64,000 nt of DNA from Ranitomeya imitator (taxonomy: Eukaryota), in assembly GCF_032444005.1 (NCBI RefSeq), contig NC_091288.1:221650001-221714000 (forward strand). Direction: 5' to 3'. The notes beneath the pieces are model-generated. The model was not told the DNA's origin. It was given only the letters and a program-made list of their open reading frames with translations, and ran no database searches. Position numbers and translations under genes: made by a program. This document shows, piece after piece, positions 37,382 through 50,159 of this stretch. Position 1 is the stretch's first letter. Each line of letters opens with the position of its first letter.

Positions 37382-40300
37382 TCGTCCCACCTGCAGGGCT
37401 TACTGTTAACTCTTCTGTGCCCTGACTCTACACTGTTACTTTCCCTTTCCACTCACAAGTGCAGAGAGGGGCAATAATCAGACATTGAACAATTACATGA
37501 AACATCACATAGAGGAAATGCAGCAATATGGCAAATTCAGTCATCATCATATCTTCAGTGGGGGCTATGTCTTCTGCTGTACTCTTACATTATCACCACT
37601 TGCTGCTGAGGTTTTATTAGATCTGTGCTGTTTTCCTATATTAATCATCAAAAAGGACATACAATCCCCCAAAACATTGCCAAAAAAGGTCTGCCTCACC
37701 TACTAATACCAGGTCACAATACCAATGCACTAACAGCATGCAGGAGACCCCCATAATGAAGGCGGGGGGCAGCACAGGTGCAAAATACTGATGGAACCAT
37801 TCACAAACCTCCCAATCATGGATGAGATGGCTGTCTAGTGTTATAAATACACACTGATGAGGTCTGCATAGGGCAGAAGTCACACACATATGGGTGATAC
37901 AGAACGTCTGGATTTTAGAGACCCCAATACTGTTACACCTGGCGGCAACCCTGCAGTACATATATACACCCCACAAGGACAGACACCCCAAATTAACCAG
38001 CCAATACTAAAGGGCCTGACTACATCTTGCATAAAAAAGGAAAAATGTGCAATAAAAAGTTGCAAAATAGGCAAGCTCCAAACCCACGTCAGGGGTCCTC
38101 ATTGTTTTATCACTAAAATACTGCATTCAATCTGTTTAGTGAGAAATTGGAGTCTTGAAAAAATTTGAGCCAAAAGTAAGATCATGACATAGTGTCACCA
38201 GTCTGCCTGGATATAGTGAGTTTAATAAAGATTTCCTGCTTTTTGGAGCCACATGGAGGACAAATAGAGGAACCATTTTGGGATACGTGCACAACACCTG
38301 GTAGGGGAACTTACCCTGAAAAATATCCTACCTTTACTTTAAAAATAACACTGTTATGTCATTGCGCAAAAATCATCAAAAATGAGATGTTGCATGGATG
38401 GGGCTGTGGGATCTGGTGCACGCTCCCCACGGATTGTTTTAAGGTCAACTCCATTCCGCTTTCTTCATTGGTTGGCCGCGATGGCTTCACCTGGATGCTC
38501 TCTCTGCTGAAACTCTGTGCATGTGCTGGCAGGGAGATGACCCCTCGCTGTTCTGTTCATGTGCCGATATAAAATAAAAATGGTAAATCTAAAGCCAGCA
38601 CTGCCAATCAATTAAGATGGTGCGATGATAGCCTAATAACAGTTGCCAATGGGCACCAAGACCCTCACCATCATATCACAGTAAAGGCAACGGATTGTAA
38701 TAAGAAAGGTAAGACTCTGTTCACAATACATAATGAAAACCATAATTCAATTGGCAGCAGGGATGAAGCCATAGACCACCATGACACAAACAAGTGTAAA
38801 GGGCTCCATCGATATGTTCTTGGGACAGTATCTATAATTTCAGATGGGTACAGAAATTTAGTAGACCGTTTCTGTGTTATTTCTCATAGACAAAAGTTGT
38901 CGGAAAAAAATAGAGTCCAGTTTAATTCCGTTTGCGTCATTACGGTCTATGACTCCTTCGTGGGTTGCGTGTGAATCCCATGGGTTCAGCTACGATACAC
39001 CTGATGTAACCCACAAAGGAGTTACAGGGTCTCGTGATTCTGTGTTATGGCCTGGTTCTCCCAATCTGCACTCAATAGATGGCTGCGATGGACGCTCTAC
39101 TGCAACTTCATGTGAATAGTCATGGAAATATGATTGACATGTCCGATATCAAAGGAAAAAGCCAATAACCACAGGGAAAAATGAAATCTGTAATGAGAAA
39201 CATGAGTCAGAAATGGAAAAGAACAGACTATATGTGAGAATATTGATGGGAGGAATCTAGGAGGACAAGGGATCCATTTCTGGTGTATATTTAGCAGAAA
39301 TGTTCCCTAAATTAAGTAATTGAGTCCAGCTCCATGGCTAGAGATAATAATTCACTCTAGTGTCACTTAGACATTGGTTGGACCCACTAATGAACCACAA
39401 GAGCCCGTCCATAGTCATGCCAGCGCTCTGCACAGATTACACCACATCTATTCATATTTAGCAAGTTTTTCTAAAGAGAAGTTAAACACTATTTTATTAG
39501 ATTATTGGATTGTTTATTTCAGTATTTTGTGTATTTAATTATAAATGATGAGTAAATTTGGCGAAATTACAATTTGCCCTCTGGCTCGAATTTGGCCAAG
39601 AAATTCAGTGTTTAATAGATCTTATTGCTACAAGTAAAATGTTCTTTCTTATGCTCTGAGTTCACTTGAGATTATTGGATTACTTACGTCACTATTTTGT
39701 GTATGTACATACAAGTGATGAGTGAAGTTGGTGAAATTGTAATCTACTGGACCCACTACCATGCCGCCGATGGCACCATCTCTACTTTAAATGCTGTAGG
39801 AAAAAGATTAAACCTGCATAATGAATGAATCCTTGTGCAGAATCACTAAGGTATGACTACATGCTCGAAGAGGTGCGAGATTATCTAGGTTATCTGAGAT
39901 TATCCAACATAGGAACCATTCTATAAACTAATTGCCAAGATTTATAGTGTAGGTTAAACTGAATAGAAAGTACACTCCGCTGTTGTAACAAACATGTATT
40001 GATCAATGGCCAAAGGAAAGAGGGACCAGTATATAAGAGTGACCAAGGCATCAAAGCACTGAAGACCATGTGCTGCCACAAGAAAGGTCCTGGAATGGAC
40101 AAGTCTGTTGAGGGAACGTCCTCCCATTGCCACTTCCTGATTTGTCTGCTGTACGCAGGTCACTCCAGCCGGTAGCGTCCCTGGAAATGCCACGCACGTG
40201 TTGGAGATGCATATGACGTCACTGGTGTAGGTCACGGAGTCTCGATGCAGCCAGACTTCACCAACATGTTTCACGGGGCGCAGTCCTTCTTCACTCCCTG

Positions 40301-40609
40301 GCTTAAATTTGGCCAAGAAGTTCAGCTGGCATAAAATATATTGATACCAATAAAATGTTCCTTCTTATGCTCTGAGTTTAATCCTGGGCGTCAGAAACAT
40401 TTTTTTCTTTTTCTTTTAGTCATTCAGCCCATACCTGACTTCTTAGACAATGTTCTGGTGCAGTCTTCACTGAGTCATCTTCAATGTTTTCCTTCATCAT
40501 AATTAATGTCTCCTGAAATTACTAGACCGCCAAGTAAATTGTGACATCATGGACAGGAGATACCAAAGATATCCGGCACTGGAAAACTCAGAGAATGAAC
40601 CAGTGAAAA

Positions 40610-42600
40610 TAATAATATTTTGTTTCTATAGCGCCAACAAATTCCACAGAACTTTACATTTTAGAAGGGATTTGTACAGACAATAAAAAACATTACAGAC
40701 TAACACAAATCACAGATACCAAGAGGAGTGAGGGTCCGGCTGCTCGCAAGCTACAATCTATGAGGAAATTGGGTAGACACAAAAAGTGAACGGTAAAAAA
40801 AATGTTTGTCATGTACTTTCCAGCCGTAACATACTAAATAGCGTATGAGCATAACGCTGCGGGTATTAAGTGCATGGGCACTTTGTGTGGGCAAAACAGG
40901 GATAGTTAGATAAGTTCAGTCATAGGCCAAGCTAAAGAAATGTGTTTTTTGCCATGTTTAAATCTGTGCGTATTATGGGTTGATTGAATTGCCCTGTGTA
41001 GTGTATTCCAAAGAATTGGCACAGCACGTGAGAAGCATTGAAGGTTCGCATTATTGAGGATGATAATCTTAGCGCTTTAACAGAACAGAGGGCACGGGTA
41101 GGGTGGTAGACTGAGACAACGGAGGAGATGTAGGGTGGTGCTGAACCATGGAGAGTTTTGTGGGTGAGAGTGATAAGTTTATTTTGAATTCTGTAGCAGA
41201 TGGGTAACCGGTGTAGTGACTGGCACAAGGTAGAGGCATCGGTGTAACGGTTGGTGAGGAATATGATCCTGGCTGCAGCATTCAGGACAGATTGGAGTGG
41301 GGAAAGTTTGGTAAGAGGGAGGCCAATTAGTAGAGAGTTACAATAGTCCAGACGAGAATGAATAAGTGAAACAATAAAAGTATTTGCAGAGTCAAAAATG
41401 AAAAAGGTGTAGATGACAAGAGTGAACCAGTGATCGGATGTGGGGGGGTCAATGAAACATCTGAATCAAGTATGACTCCAAGAAAGCGGACCTGCTGCTG
41501 GGGGGTAATGATGGAGCCACACACGGAAATGGCAAACTCGGGCATAGGTAGGTTAATGGAGAGAGGAAACACAAGGAGTTCAGTTTTTGACAGACTCAGC
41601 TTCAGATGGAGGGAGGACATGATGTTGTAGACAGCGATAAGACAATCACTGGTGTTTTGTAATAATGAAGGCATGATGTCAGGAGTAGAGGTGTATAATT
41701 GGGTGTCATCAGCATAGAGATGGTACTGGAAACCAAATCTACTAATTGTTTGCCCAACAGGGGCAGTATACAACGAGAAGAAGAGGGGGCCTAGGACTGA
41801 ACCCTGAGGAACCCCAACAGTAAAAAGAGAGAGCCGGGGACTGTACCCTGAGGAACACCAATAGTGATAGGAAAGGGCCGGGGACTGTACCCTGAAGAAC
41901 CCTGACAGTAAGAGGAGAGAGCCGGGGACTGAACCCTAAGGAACCCTGACAGTAAGAGGAGAGAGCCGGGGACTCAACCCTGAGGAACCCCAATAGTGAG
42001 AGGAAAGGGCCGGGGACTGAACCCTGAGGAATCCCAATAGTGAGAGGAAAGGGCCGGGGACTGAACCCTGAGGAACCCCAATAGTGAGCGGAAAGGGCCG
42101 GGGACTGAACCCTGAGGAACCCTGACAGTAAGAGGAGAGAGCCAGGGACTGAACCCTGAGGAACCCTGACAGTAAGAGGAGAGAGCCGGGGACTGAACCC
42201 TGAGGAACCCTGACAGTAAGATGAGAGAGCCGGGGACTGAACCCTGAGGAACCCCAATAGTGAGCGGAAAGGGCCGGGGACTGAACCCTGAGGAACCCTG
42301 ACAGTAAGAGGAGAGAGCCAGGGACTAAACCCTGAGGAACCCTGACAGTAAGAGGAGAGAGCCGGGGACTGAACCCTGAGGAACCCCAATAGTGAGCGGA
42401 AAGGGTCGGGGACTGAACCCTGACAGTAAGAGGAGAGAGCCAGGGACTGAACCCTGAGGAACCCTGACAGTAAGAGGAGAGAGCCGGGGACTGAACCCTG
42501 AGGAACCCCAATAGTGAGAGGAAGAAGAGGCGACAAGAGATACAGTGAAGGATCAGTCAGAGAAGTAGGAGGAGAACCAGGAAAAAGCGGTGTCCTTGAG
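40610..42600 (-). mobile_element. Degraded L2 LINE containing an RT-derived minisatellite
   Basis: 3' tail at ~40610. [14 protein letters not shown] in ORF 41327-41773. RT (LKDTAFSWFSSY) resumes at 42520-42600 beyond the array. Confidence 0.88.
41793..42520. repeat. 44-bp minisatellite (~16 units, two variants) derived from the L2 GVPQGS codons
   Basis: Units GGGGACTGAACCCTGAGGAACCC-TGACAGTAAGAGGAGAGAGCC or -CAATAGTGAGCGGAAAGGGCC. Minus strand reads PLTVRVPQGSVPG. Confidence 0.95.
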
Positions 42601-43518
42601 ACTTCTCAACAGACTAAAGATAATAGGTGAGGGCTGTTTCAGTATTGATTTAACCCCTTCAAATATTTTTTTAATCCAAAAAATAGCAGGAGACCAACAT
42701 TTTTCTGGATTGTTTCTTCAAATAAATCTAAAGGGCAAATCCAAATATTTTGTAAAATTTAATGTGAATCACTCATCTCTTCTGTATAAACTGAATAACA
42801 AATATTCATGTGATTTACATTCCTTCACTTTCCATTTTCTTGACTGATAAAAATAAACTATTAACATTCATTTTTTTTAAAATAATTCTTACTTTGTAGC
42901 ATTTTTATCCACACCTGCCTAAAACTTTTGCTTGATACGAACTATATACAGTATGAAGCAATAGTTGATGGCAGGTGTGGAAAAAATGCTACACAGTAAG
43001 AATTATTTAAGAAATATATATTATATCAAACAGATATTTATAAGTATATAGTATATAGTATATAGTATATTTATTACTATATATAATATATATACATGCA
43101 TAATTTGGCAGACAGACTTACATACAACATCAAATATCTAAGTTAGTGAGATGGAGATGAAAAATTATAGTATATACATTTGATTTTATAAAAATGAATG
43201 TGGCGTTTTCTAGATTTAATAACAATTTAAAATGTTAATTGCTACAAATATAAAATGCTCAATATTGATTTCTGTCTGAATTATTATATCCCACAATAAT
43301 CATTATTACAACCATCACATAAAATGATCTCCGGTCTCAAATCTCGGATATCATCATCTGGGCAATTTGAAACCCCCCGATCAGACTGTAAATCGCTTCC
43401 TCTCCCTCACTCTCACCAGGTCAATGACATTAATGATACCTTGATAAAAATTTGCATTATAAATTTTGCTTTGAAAAACATTTTACACCCTTGATGATCA
43501 CGGCATCGCCTCCATAAG

Positions 43519-43777
43519 TTAAGTCTCAGCTTCTCGGTTATTACTTGCACCTACAAAGAACTTCCCGAGAGTCCTCCTAAGCTTGACGCTGCTTTGGATG
43601 ATGATGATGGCTTCTAAAATTAGGAAAGATATCAAAACAATCCAGATGGTTACTGCAACAAGATCAGAGCCTTTGTGTGACACGGTGAAGTAGAAGTAGC
43701 TCGCTACATTGTTGATTACAGCACTTAGAAGAAACAGGATCATGGTTCTGGTGGCATTAATCTGGGCTTGCAATTTA
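43519..43777 (-). pseudogene. TAS2R: 3' fragment (TM6-TM7) of a subfamily-A TAS2R (copy A3)
   Basis: LQAQINATRTMILFLL...IQSSVKLRRTL. The 5' two-thirds are absent and replaced by cluster spacer sequence. Confidence 0.9.
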
Positions 43778-44313
43778 GAAGGAGAATTGCTATTGATTTA
43801 CCCAAAAATCCAAATATTTGTTAAAATTGATAGCGAATCACTCATTTCTACTAGATATTCTGTGTAAGAAACATTGATGGGATTTACATTTCACTTTTGG
43901 TCATTCACTTTGCATGTTGTTGATTGTTAATAGTTTTATTTTAACACCTCTATTTTTTAAATTATTCTAACTTTGTAGATTTTTATCTGTACCTGCATTA
44001 CACCTTTACTTAATATCGTATATGTATATATAATGTGGTTGACAGACTAACATACTAAATGAAATATCCAAGTCAGTGAGACAGACATGAAAAGACAAAA
44101 CATTTTTTACTTTGTATTATAAAATGCATAGATTTGATTGTATAAAGATGAAATTGGAGTTTTCTAGATGTGATGACACAATTCTAAATTTTAATTAGCG
44201 CAAAGTTACAATTTTCGAAATTGATTTCTGTCTGAAATCTTACTTCCCACATTTTCCGGTGGTGAAATAATCATTATGCCAAACATTACAGAAAATTGAC
44301 CATTGGTCTAAAG

Positions 44314-44496
44314 TAGTATTTCCCAAACTCCAGTCCTCACGGACCCCACAGGTCATGTTTTCAGGATTTCCATAGTGTTGCACTGGTGAGACAGTTCCTG
44401 ATGCCTTGATGATACTTCCACTACTTGCGCAATACTAAGGAAATCCTGAAAACACGACCTGTGGGGTCCGTGAGGACTGGAGTTTGGGAAACACTG
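44314..44496. mobile_element. hAT-type palindromic MITE (same family as 15325-15510)
   Basis: Perfect 8-bp TSD GTCTAAAG at 44306-44313 and 44497-44504. Inverted arms. Confidence 0.92.
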
Positions 44497-44705
44497 GTCT
44501 AAAGTCTCGAATTTCATCACCAGCTCAATGTAAACACTGTTATGCCCTCCTTATTATAAATTGCCTTAGAACCCAAATCAGACTCTAAATTGCTTTCTTT
44601 CCCTCGGCGTTATGAGGTCAAAGACATTTAAAAAGAAAACTATACTTTATTAAGAATTTGAAAACTAAATATTGCTGTGTAAAATTTATTACGACCTTCA
44701 AGATG

Positions 44706-45610
44706 TTAAGTCTCAGCCTCTCGGTTACTACTCGACCTTACTAAGAACTTCCCTACAAGAGTCCTCCTAAGCTTCACGCTGCTTTGGATGATGACTTCTG
44801 ATATTAGATAAAATATAATAAAAATCCAGATATTTATTGCATCAATATCGGAGGTCCCGGGTGGGACATTGAAGTAAAAGAAGATCGCAACATTGTTGAT
44901 TAGAGAACTGAGGAGAAACAGGATCATGGTTCGGGTGGCATGAATCTGAATTTGCAACTTTGAACGAGTATTCTTCTTCTTCACTCTTCACATGTGATTT
45001 ATTAGAGACCATGATGTCAGCATGGTGGAGATGAAGGCTATTGAGATGGGTAGGAAGAGGCCCAGGATGGCAGGCATTATTCTGTATCTTGTATGTGGAA
45101 GGATGGTTCCGTGGAGATTTGTGAATTGACTCGTGCTGTTCCCGGCAGATTCTGTGTCCATAAACCAAAGAATTGAAGAACAAATGACAAGTGAGCCAAG
45201 TCCTGATACAAGAAGGATGCAGACAGGTAAGATGAGAAACAGCTCTTCAGCCAACCTAGGTTGTGGTGACCTTGGCTAGTGAGATTGATGCAGTAATAAA
45301 CACAGAGCAAAGCCGTCAGCCACGAATTATAGACGACTACTAGCAAGTTATTAAATATAAAAAAGAGAACAATGTCACTTAGAAACAGCAAATTGGGCAA
45401 AACATATATTATATTTTGTAAAATCATCAGCGCTTGCATACAGACATTGACGAGAGCCTTCATGAAGTGAATCATATCAGATGGGCCCAGAGAGAGGCCA
45501 TTTTTCAGGTTTCCTATGTAAACAAGCCGGATGTACAGGTTTAAGGCTATGCCCACCACATATTCAATGATTATAGCAGCAGTCAGGCCGACCAGTCCTG
45601 CAGAAGTCAT
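44706..45610 (-). pseudogene. TAS2R: TAS2R pseudogene, subfamily A (copy A4)
   Basis: ATG at 45610. 1-bp loss near 45221-45226. TGA at 44988-44990 where the paralogue has Trp. Short in-frame deletion in TM7. Confidence 0.92.
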
Positions 45611-45667
45611 AGCGCCGAGAGTTCTGTGTCTTATGAAAGCGAGCAGTCAATGGCAGGACTAGGAGAG

Positions 45668-45675
45668 ATGCAAAT
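45668..45675. promoter_or_regulatory. POU octamer upstream of copy A4
   Basis: ATGCAAAT 58-65 bp upstream of the ATG at 45610. Confidence 0.5.
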
Positions 45676-46825
45676 GTCCACTAAACTTTGGTTACTCATT
45701 TACATAACTCAATTATACAATCAAACAAGGTCCGTGACTGAGATAAGATGAACTAAACATCTGACATAACTTCACTCACGAAAATTACACTTTAATCAAT
45801 AGACCTTGGAGTAATAATAATTTCCACAATTAGATGTGATCAATAAAATGTTCCTGTGATGAGATAATCTTATAAATGTGCCCCTGCTGTGTACTGTGTA
45901 ATGGTCGTGTCCGACCATACAGGAATATGGTCTGATCGTAACACATCTGCTGGGCAGGGGAGGACACATGTTAGTGTATCAATTTGTGTGAAAAATGAAA
46001 AAAATGGTGGCCAGTTATCATCTAGCTTGATTCTGATTGCTGGAAACTGGCTGCAAAACACAGTGAACTCCTCACCACGGCCTCTGGTCTGCTCCTCTTT
46101 GGTCCTCACTTCCTTCTGGGTTTTAGAGTGAGCGATGCCATTGACTCTGCCACTTGCCATTAAATGGGGTGCGGCACTAGTTAATAAAAGGCGACATGTC
46201 TCATGTGGCCTCATGATGTCAAGCGTTGCTGGTTGTAGTCACTGGCGGTGCCGGCAGGAAGAATCTGGTGCAGGAACATTGACTTGCTGGAAACAATGGA
46301 AGCCGAAGTTGGTTTTTGCTCTCCTGCTTCATTAGACAGAGTGGTTCCATTGCCCCGGCTTTAAAGTAATGTCATTTTTTCTCTATCATCCTCCAAGCAT
46401 CATAACATCTGATGATATTCACAAGCTCATCCACCGTACCGTCAGGGCCTACGGTAATCAACAACTTCCACAATTGTGAGTTATCGCAGCTTCCTTCTAC
46501 AAAGGGATTTCGTAACTACGGCATCACATGACTTGGTTTAATTAAAGATTCTAAAGTCGCCAAGTAACAATAGAGATGAAGAGGAGAACTGTGCAGAGGC
46601 CGAAGCTCTAAGATCTGAGCTTCTTATGAAAGCTAGCAGGAAGAGATTAGCGGATCAGGCAAAACTCTAACAAATCACAAATTTAAAGTCCCTTATTATG
46701 CTCTGTGCTCTCTCCACAATCCATCCACTATATAATCATCTAATTCTGTCTGTTTGTCTGTAATAGAAATCCTGCGTCGCTGATTGGTCGTGCCAGCCGC
46801 CCGCGACCAATCAGCGACAGGCGCA

Positions 46826-48470
46826 TAGTTCAGTCACAGTGTCAGTCACAGTGTGATGTAGTTCACTCACGTTTACTGAACAAGTTCTGTCAGTCACAGT
46901 GCCACGTAGTTCACTCACGTTTACTGAATAAGTTCTGTCAGTCACAGTGCCACGTAGTTCAGTCACGTTTACTGAACAAGTTCTGTCAGTCACAGTGCCA
47001 CGTAGTTCAGTCACGTTTACTGAACAAGTTCTGTCAGTCACAGTGCCACGTAGTTCAGTCACGTTTACTAAACAGGTTCTGTCAGTCACAGTACCACGTA
47101 GTTCACTCGCGTTTACTGAACAAGTTCTGTCAGTCACAGTGCCACGTAGTTCACTCACGTTTACTGAATAAGTTCTGTCAGTTACAGTGCCACATTTACT
47201 GAACAAGCTCTGTCAGTCACAGTGCCATGCAGTTCTGTCACGTTTACTGAACAAGTTCTGTCCGTTACAGTGCCACGTAGTTCATTCACGTTTACTGAAC
47301 AAGTTCTGTCAGTTACAGTGCCACGTAGTTTAATCACGTTTACTGAACAAGTTCTGTCAGTCACAGTGCCACGTAGTTTAGTCACGTTTACTGGACAAGT
47401 TCTATCAGTCACACTGCGACATAGTTCACTCACGTTTACTGAGCAAGTACTGTCAGTCACAGTGCCACGCAGTTCAGTCACGTTTATTGGACAAGTTCTG
47501 TCAGTCACAGTGCCACATAGTTCACTCACGTTTACTGAACAAGTTCTGTCAGTCACAGTGCCACATAGTTCACTCACGTTTACTGAACAAGTTCTGTCAG
47601 TCACAGTGCCACGTAATAATAATAATAATAATAATAATCTTTATTTATATAGCGCCAACATATTCCGCAGCGCTTTACAGTTTAACAGTTTCAAACACAA
47701 AAGTCATAAGTAGCAACGTTAACAATACAATAATTAAAGCAACACAAGCCACCCCTGCTCGTGAGAGCTTACAATCTACAATGAGGTGGGGGAGATACAA
47801 AGTACAGGTGTGTATTTACAATGATGTATTTACAATCATGGTCCAGCCATCTCCAGGGGGTGGGGGATAGATGGAGATAGTGAATGGGCTACACACACAC
47901 AAACATAACATGACTTTGATTAGTGAACGTGATAGCGAGCGCCTAAAACTATGCAAATTGTGGATGGTCCGAATATCTTTGGGTAGAGCATTCCAGAGGA
48001 TTGACGCAGCACGGGAGAAGTCTTGGAGTCGGGAGTGGGAGGTACGGATTAGTGCAGAGGTTAGTTGAAAGTCATTTGCAGAGTGCAGCGGTCCAGTAAA
48101 CTCTTGTTTACTAGACAAGTTCTGTCAGTCACAGTGCCACGTAGTTTAGTCACGTTTACTGAATAAGTTCTGTCAGTCACAGTGCCACGTAGTTCAGTCA
48201 CGTTTACTGAATAAGTTCTGTCAGTCACAGTGCCATGCAGTTCAGTCACGTTTACTGAACAAGTTCTGTCAGTCACAGTGCCACGTAGTTCAGTCACGTT
48301 TACTGAATAAGTTCTGTCAGTCACAGTGCCACGTAGTTCAGTCACGTTTACTGAATAAGTTCTGTCAGTCACAGTGCCATGCAGTTCAGTCACGTTTACT
48401 GAACAAGTTCTGTCAGTCACAGTGCCATGCAGTTCAGTCACGTTTACTGAACAAGTTCTGTCAGTCCACA
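46826..48470. repeat. 48-bp minisatellite, interrupted by L2
   Basis: Unit GTTCTGTCAGTCACAGTGCCACGTAGTTCAGTCACGTTTACTGAACAA. Gives the 16-aa periodic ORFs. Confidence 0.96.
47614..48093 (-). mobile_element. L2 3' end (same family as 11040-12981) nested in the minisatellite
   Basis: (TAA)n tail at 47614-47638, followed by the reverse complement of ~12480-12960. Confidence 0.92.
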
Positions 48471-49235
48471 AATTCTAGAATACCTGATGCATTAGAATCG
48501 GGCCACCATCTAGTAGCATAATAACCATATTATGGAAAAAGTAATACAAATCTGTATTCTCACCTCTCCAGCCCGTCCGCTCATCGCCATCACCTGTCCG
48601 GGCATCACCACAGTCACTCTAGGCTGAGACTTCCGGGTTCGCTATGCTCGCAATGGTTCGGCACATGTGGCTGCAAAGGTTGTGGTGCACGGTGGGCTGT
48701 TACCTTAATGGTCGCATGCACAGAACTCTCCTCGTAAACCCGGAATCCTCTGCCCAGCGACTGAGGCACAAGGGATTTCAGCGCTGCCGACGCCAATCCG
48801 AACAAGTGATGATGACTGGACGGGTCAATATCTTTTTTCTGGCAAATGCAATGTACGTGTAAAAAGTAAGTGATGAAAAATGTTCGAAAATGACAAAATC
48901 TTTCACCAGAAACAACTCCACAGACTTTTTTACATACGAACATTTATCACTTCGCGCTGTACGACACTATGGTGCGTTTTGTTATTTATATTTAACATGA
49001 ATGAAGATTAAAAAAAAAACATATTTGATATACGAGTTATTAAAAAAGTATTCATCTTGTGATTTTTTTACTCAACTTTTGCAAATTGTAAAAATATAAA
49101 CTAAATGGTGGAGTATTTCGTAATGTACGGCACTATTGTACTAAAACAATAGGAAAATAGAAAATAGAAATATTCCAGTTTTCACACTAATCACTAGAGG
49201 AGACACAAGACCGACTCTTCCTAATGTTTAATTTC

Positions 49236-50159
49236 TCACAATTTTCTGTAAAAGCACAGGATCTTCGCCATGATTTGCCTCCTGAGCTTGGGGTTGGCAA
49301 AGGTAATGACGAGAGACTCTGCCGTTGGAAAAGACATAAATATCAACCAGTTGACAAGTGTTAAATAATTTTCAGGGTTGGGGCTTAGAGAAAAAAACAA
49401 AATTTCGCTTACACAAAATATGATGGAAATTGTAAGGAACAACCACATGGTTCTTACGGCATTAATGTGAGCCTGGTATTTGGTTTGGGACAATCCAGAT
49501 TCCTTCTGCTTGATCCTCCACAGATGTCTTATCAGTGAAGAGTTGGTCACTATGATAGAGGCCAAGATGAGTAGAAATGGCACGTAACATCCTAGAAATG
49601 AAGCACTTTGTATGTATAAAGGCTGAAGATGGTAAGTACCACTGATAAATATCTGGCCAAGGCTGGTGTTCACAGCAGATTGTAGAGTGACTTCCAACGT
49701 TGCTGTCCAGATGGAGGGAAGACTAATGAAGAAACAGATCACTGCTGACAGAAGAAGAAGATGTGGTAGATACATTGAGATGTTCCTCTTTGACCAGACG
49801 AAGAATGGATGACTGAAGGTAGAGCTGGTGACACAGTAATAGATGCAGAGCCAGGCAGTGAGCCAGAAGGTGAAGTATACGAGAGTCAGCATGACCACAG
49901 TGATCGGGACAATGATCTCCCTAACAGACACTGAATAAATGAAGAAAATGTATAGTAGACCCTGGATGCTGAACAGAGACGGGAGAGCGATGTTCACCAC
50001 TCCGATGACAAGGTGGAGAAGATCCGGAGGATTCAGCTTTGGTCCAGTCTTCAGGCTCTTGACACCAGACACCATGATGCACACGTTCAGAATATACCCA
50101 ACCCAACTGTCCAAGAAGCCGAGGAGTATCACAAGGATCACCACTGTACTTGGCATCAT
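49236..50159 (-). CDS. TAS2R: TAS2R-like receptor, subfamily B, 307 aa, intact
   Basis: Motifs FWLTAWLCIYYC, NTS glycosylation site, SLIRHLWR, HINAVRTM, FPTAESLVITFANPKL. Confidence 0.93.
   Translation of the reverse strand: MMPSTVVILVILLGFLDSWVGYILNVCIMVSGVKSLKTGPKLNPPDLLHLVIGVVNIALPSLFSIQGLLYIFFIYSVSVREIIVPITVVMLTLVYFTFWLTAWLCIYYCVTSSTFSHPFFVWSKRNISMYLPHLLLLSAVICFFISLPSIWTATLEVTLQSAVNTSLGQIFISGTYHLQPLYIQSASFLGCYVPFLLILASIIVTNSSLIRHLWRIKQKESGLSQTKYQAHINAVRTMWLFLTISIIFCVSEILFFSLSPNPENYLTLVNWLIFMSFPTAESLVITFANPKLRRQIMAKILCFYRKL

Larger units (their letters stand above)
46724..48513 (+). mobile_element. Non-autonomous Helitron with a 48-bp minisatellite
   Basis: A|TC 5' end at 46724. 3' hairpin CCTGATGCATTAGAATCGGG and CTAG|T at 48510-48514. 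Same terminus as 3942-5891. Confidence 0.8.

Noticed and set aside
36550-37457. TGTGA...TCACA as a solo LTR around the 62-bp array
   Set aside because: Flanks AATA/AGTG do not form a TSD.
41742-42536. 264- and 191-aa ORFs; likewise 46811-48471 and 58013-58988
   Set aside because: Periodic translations of minisatellites, not genes.
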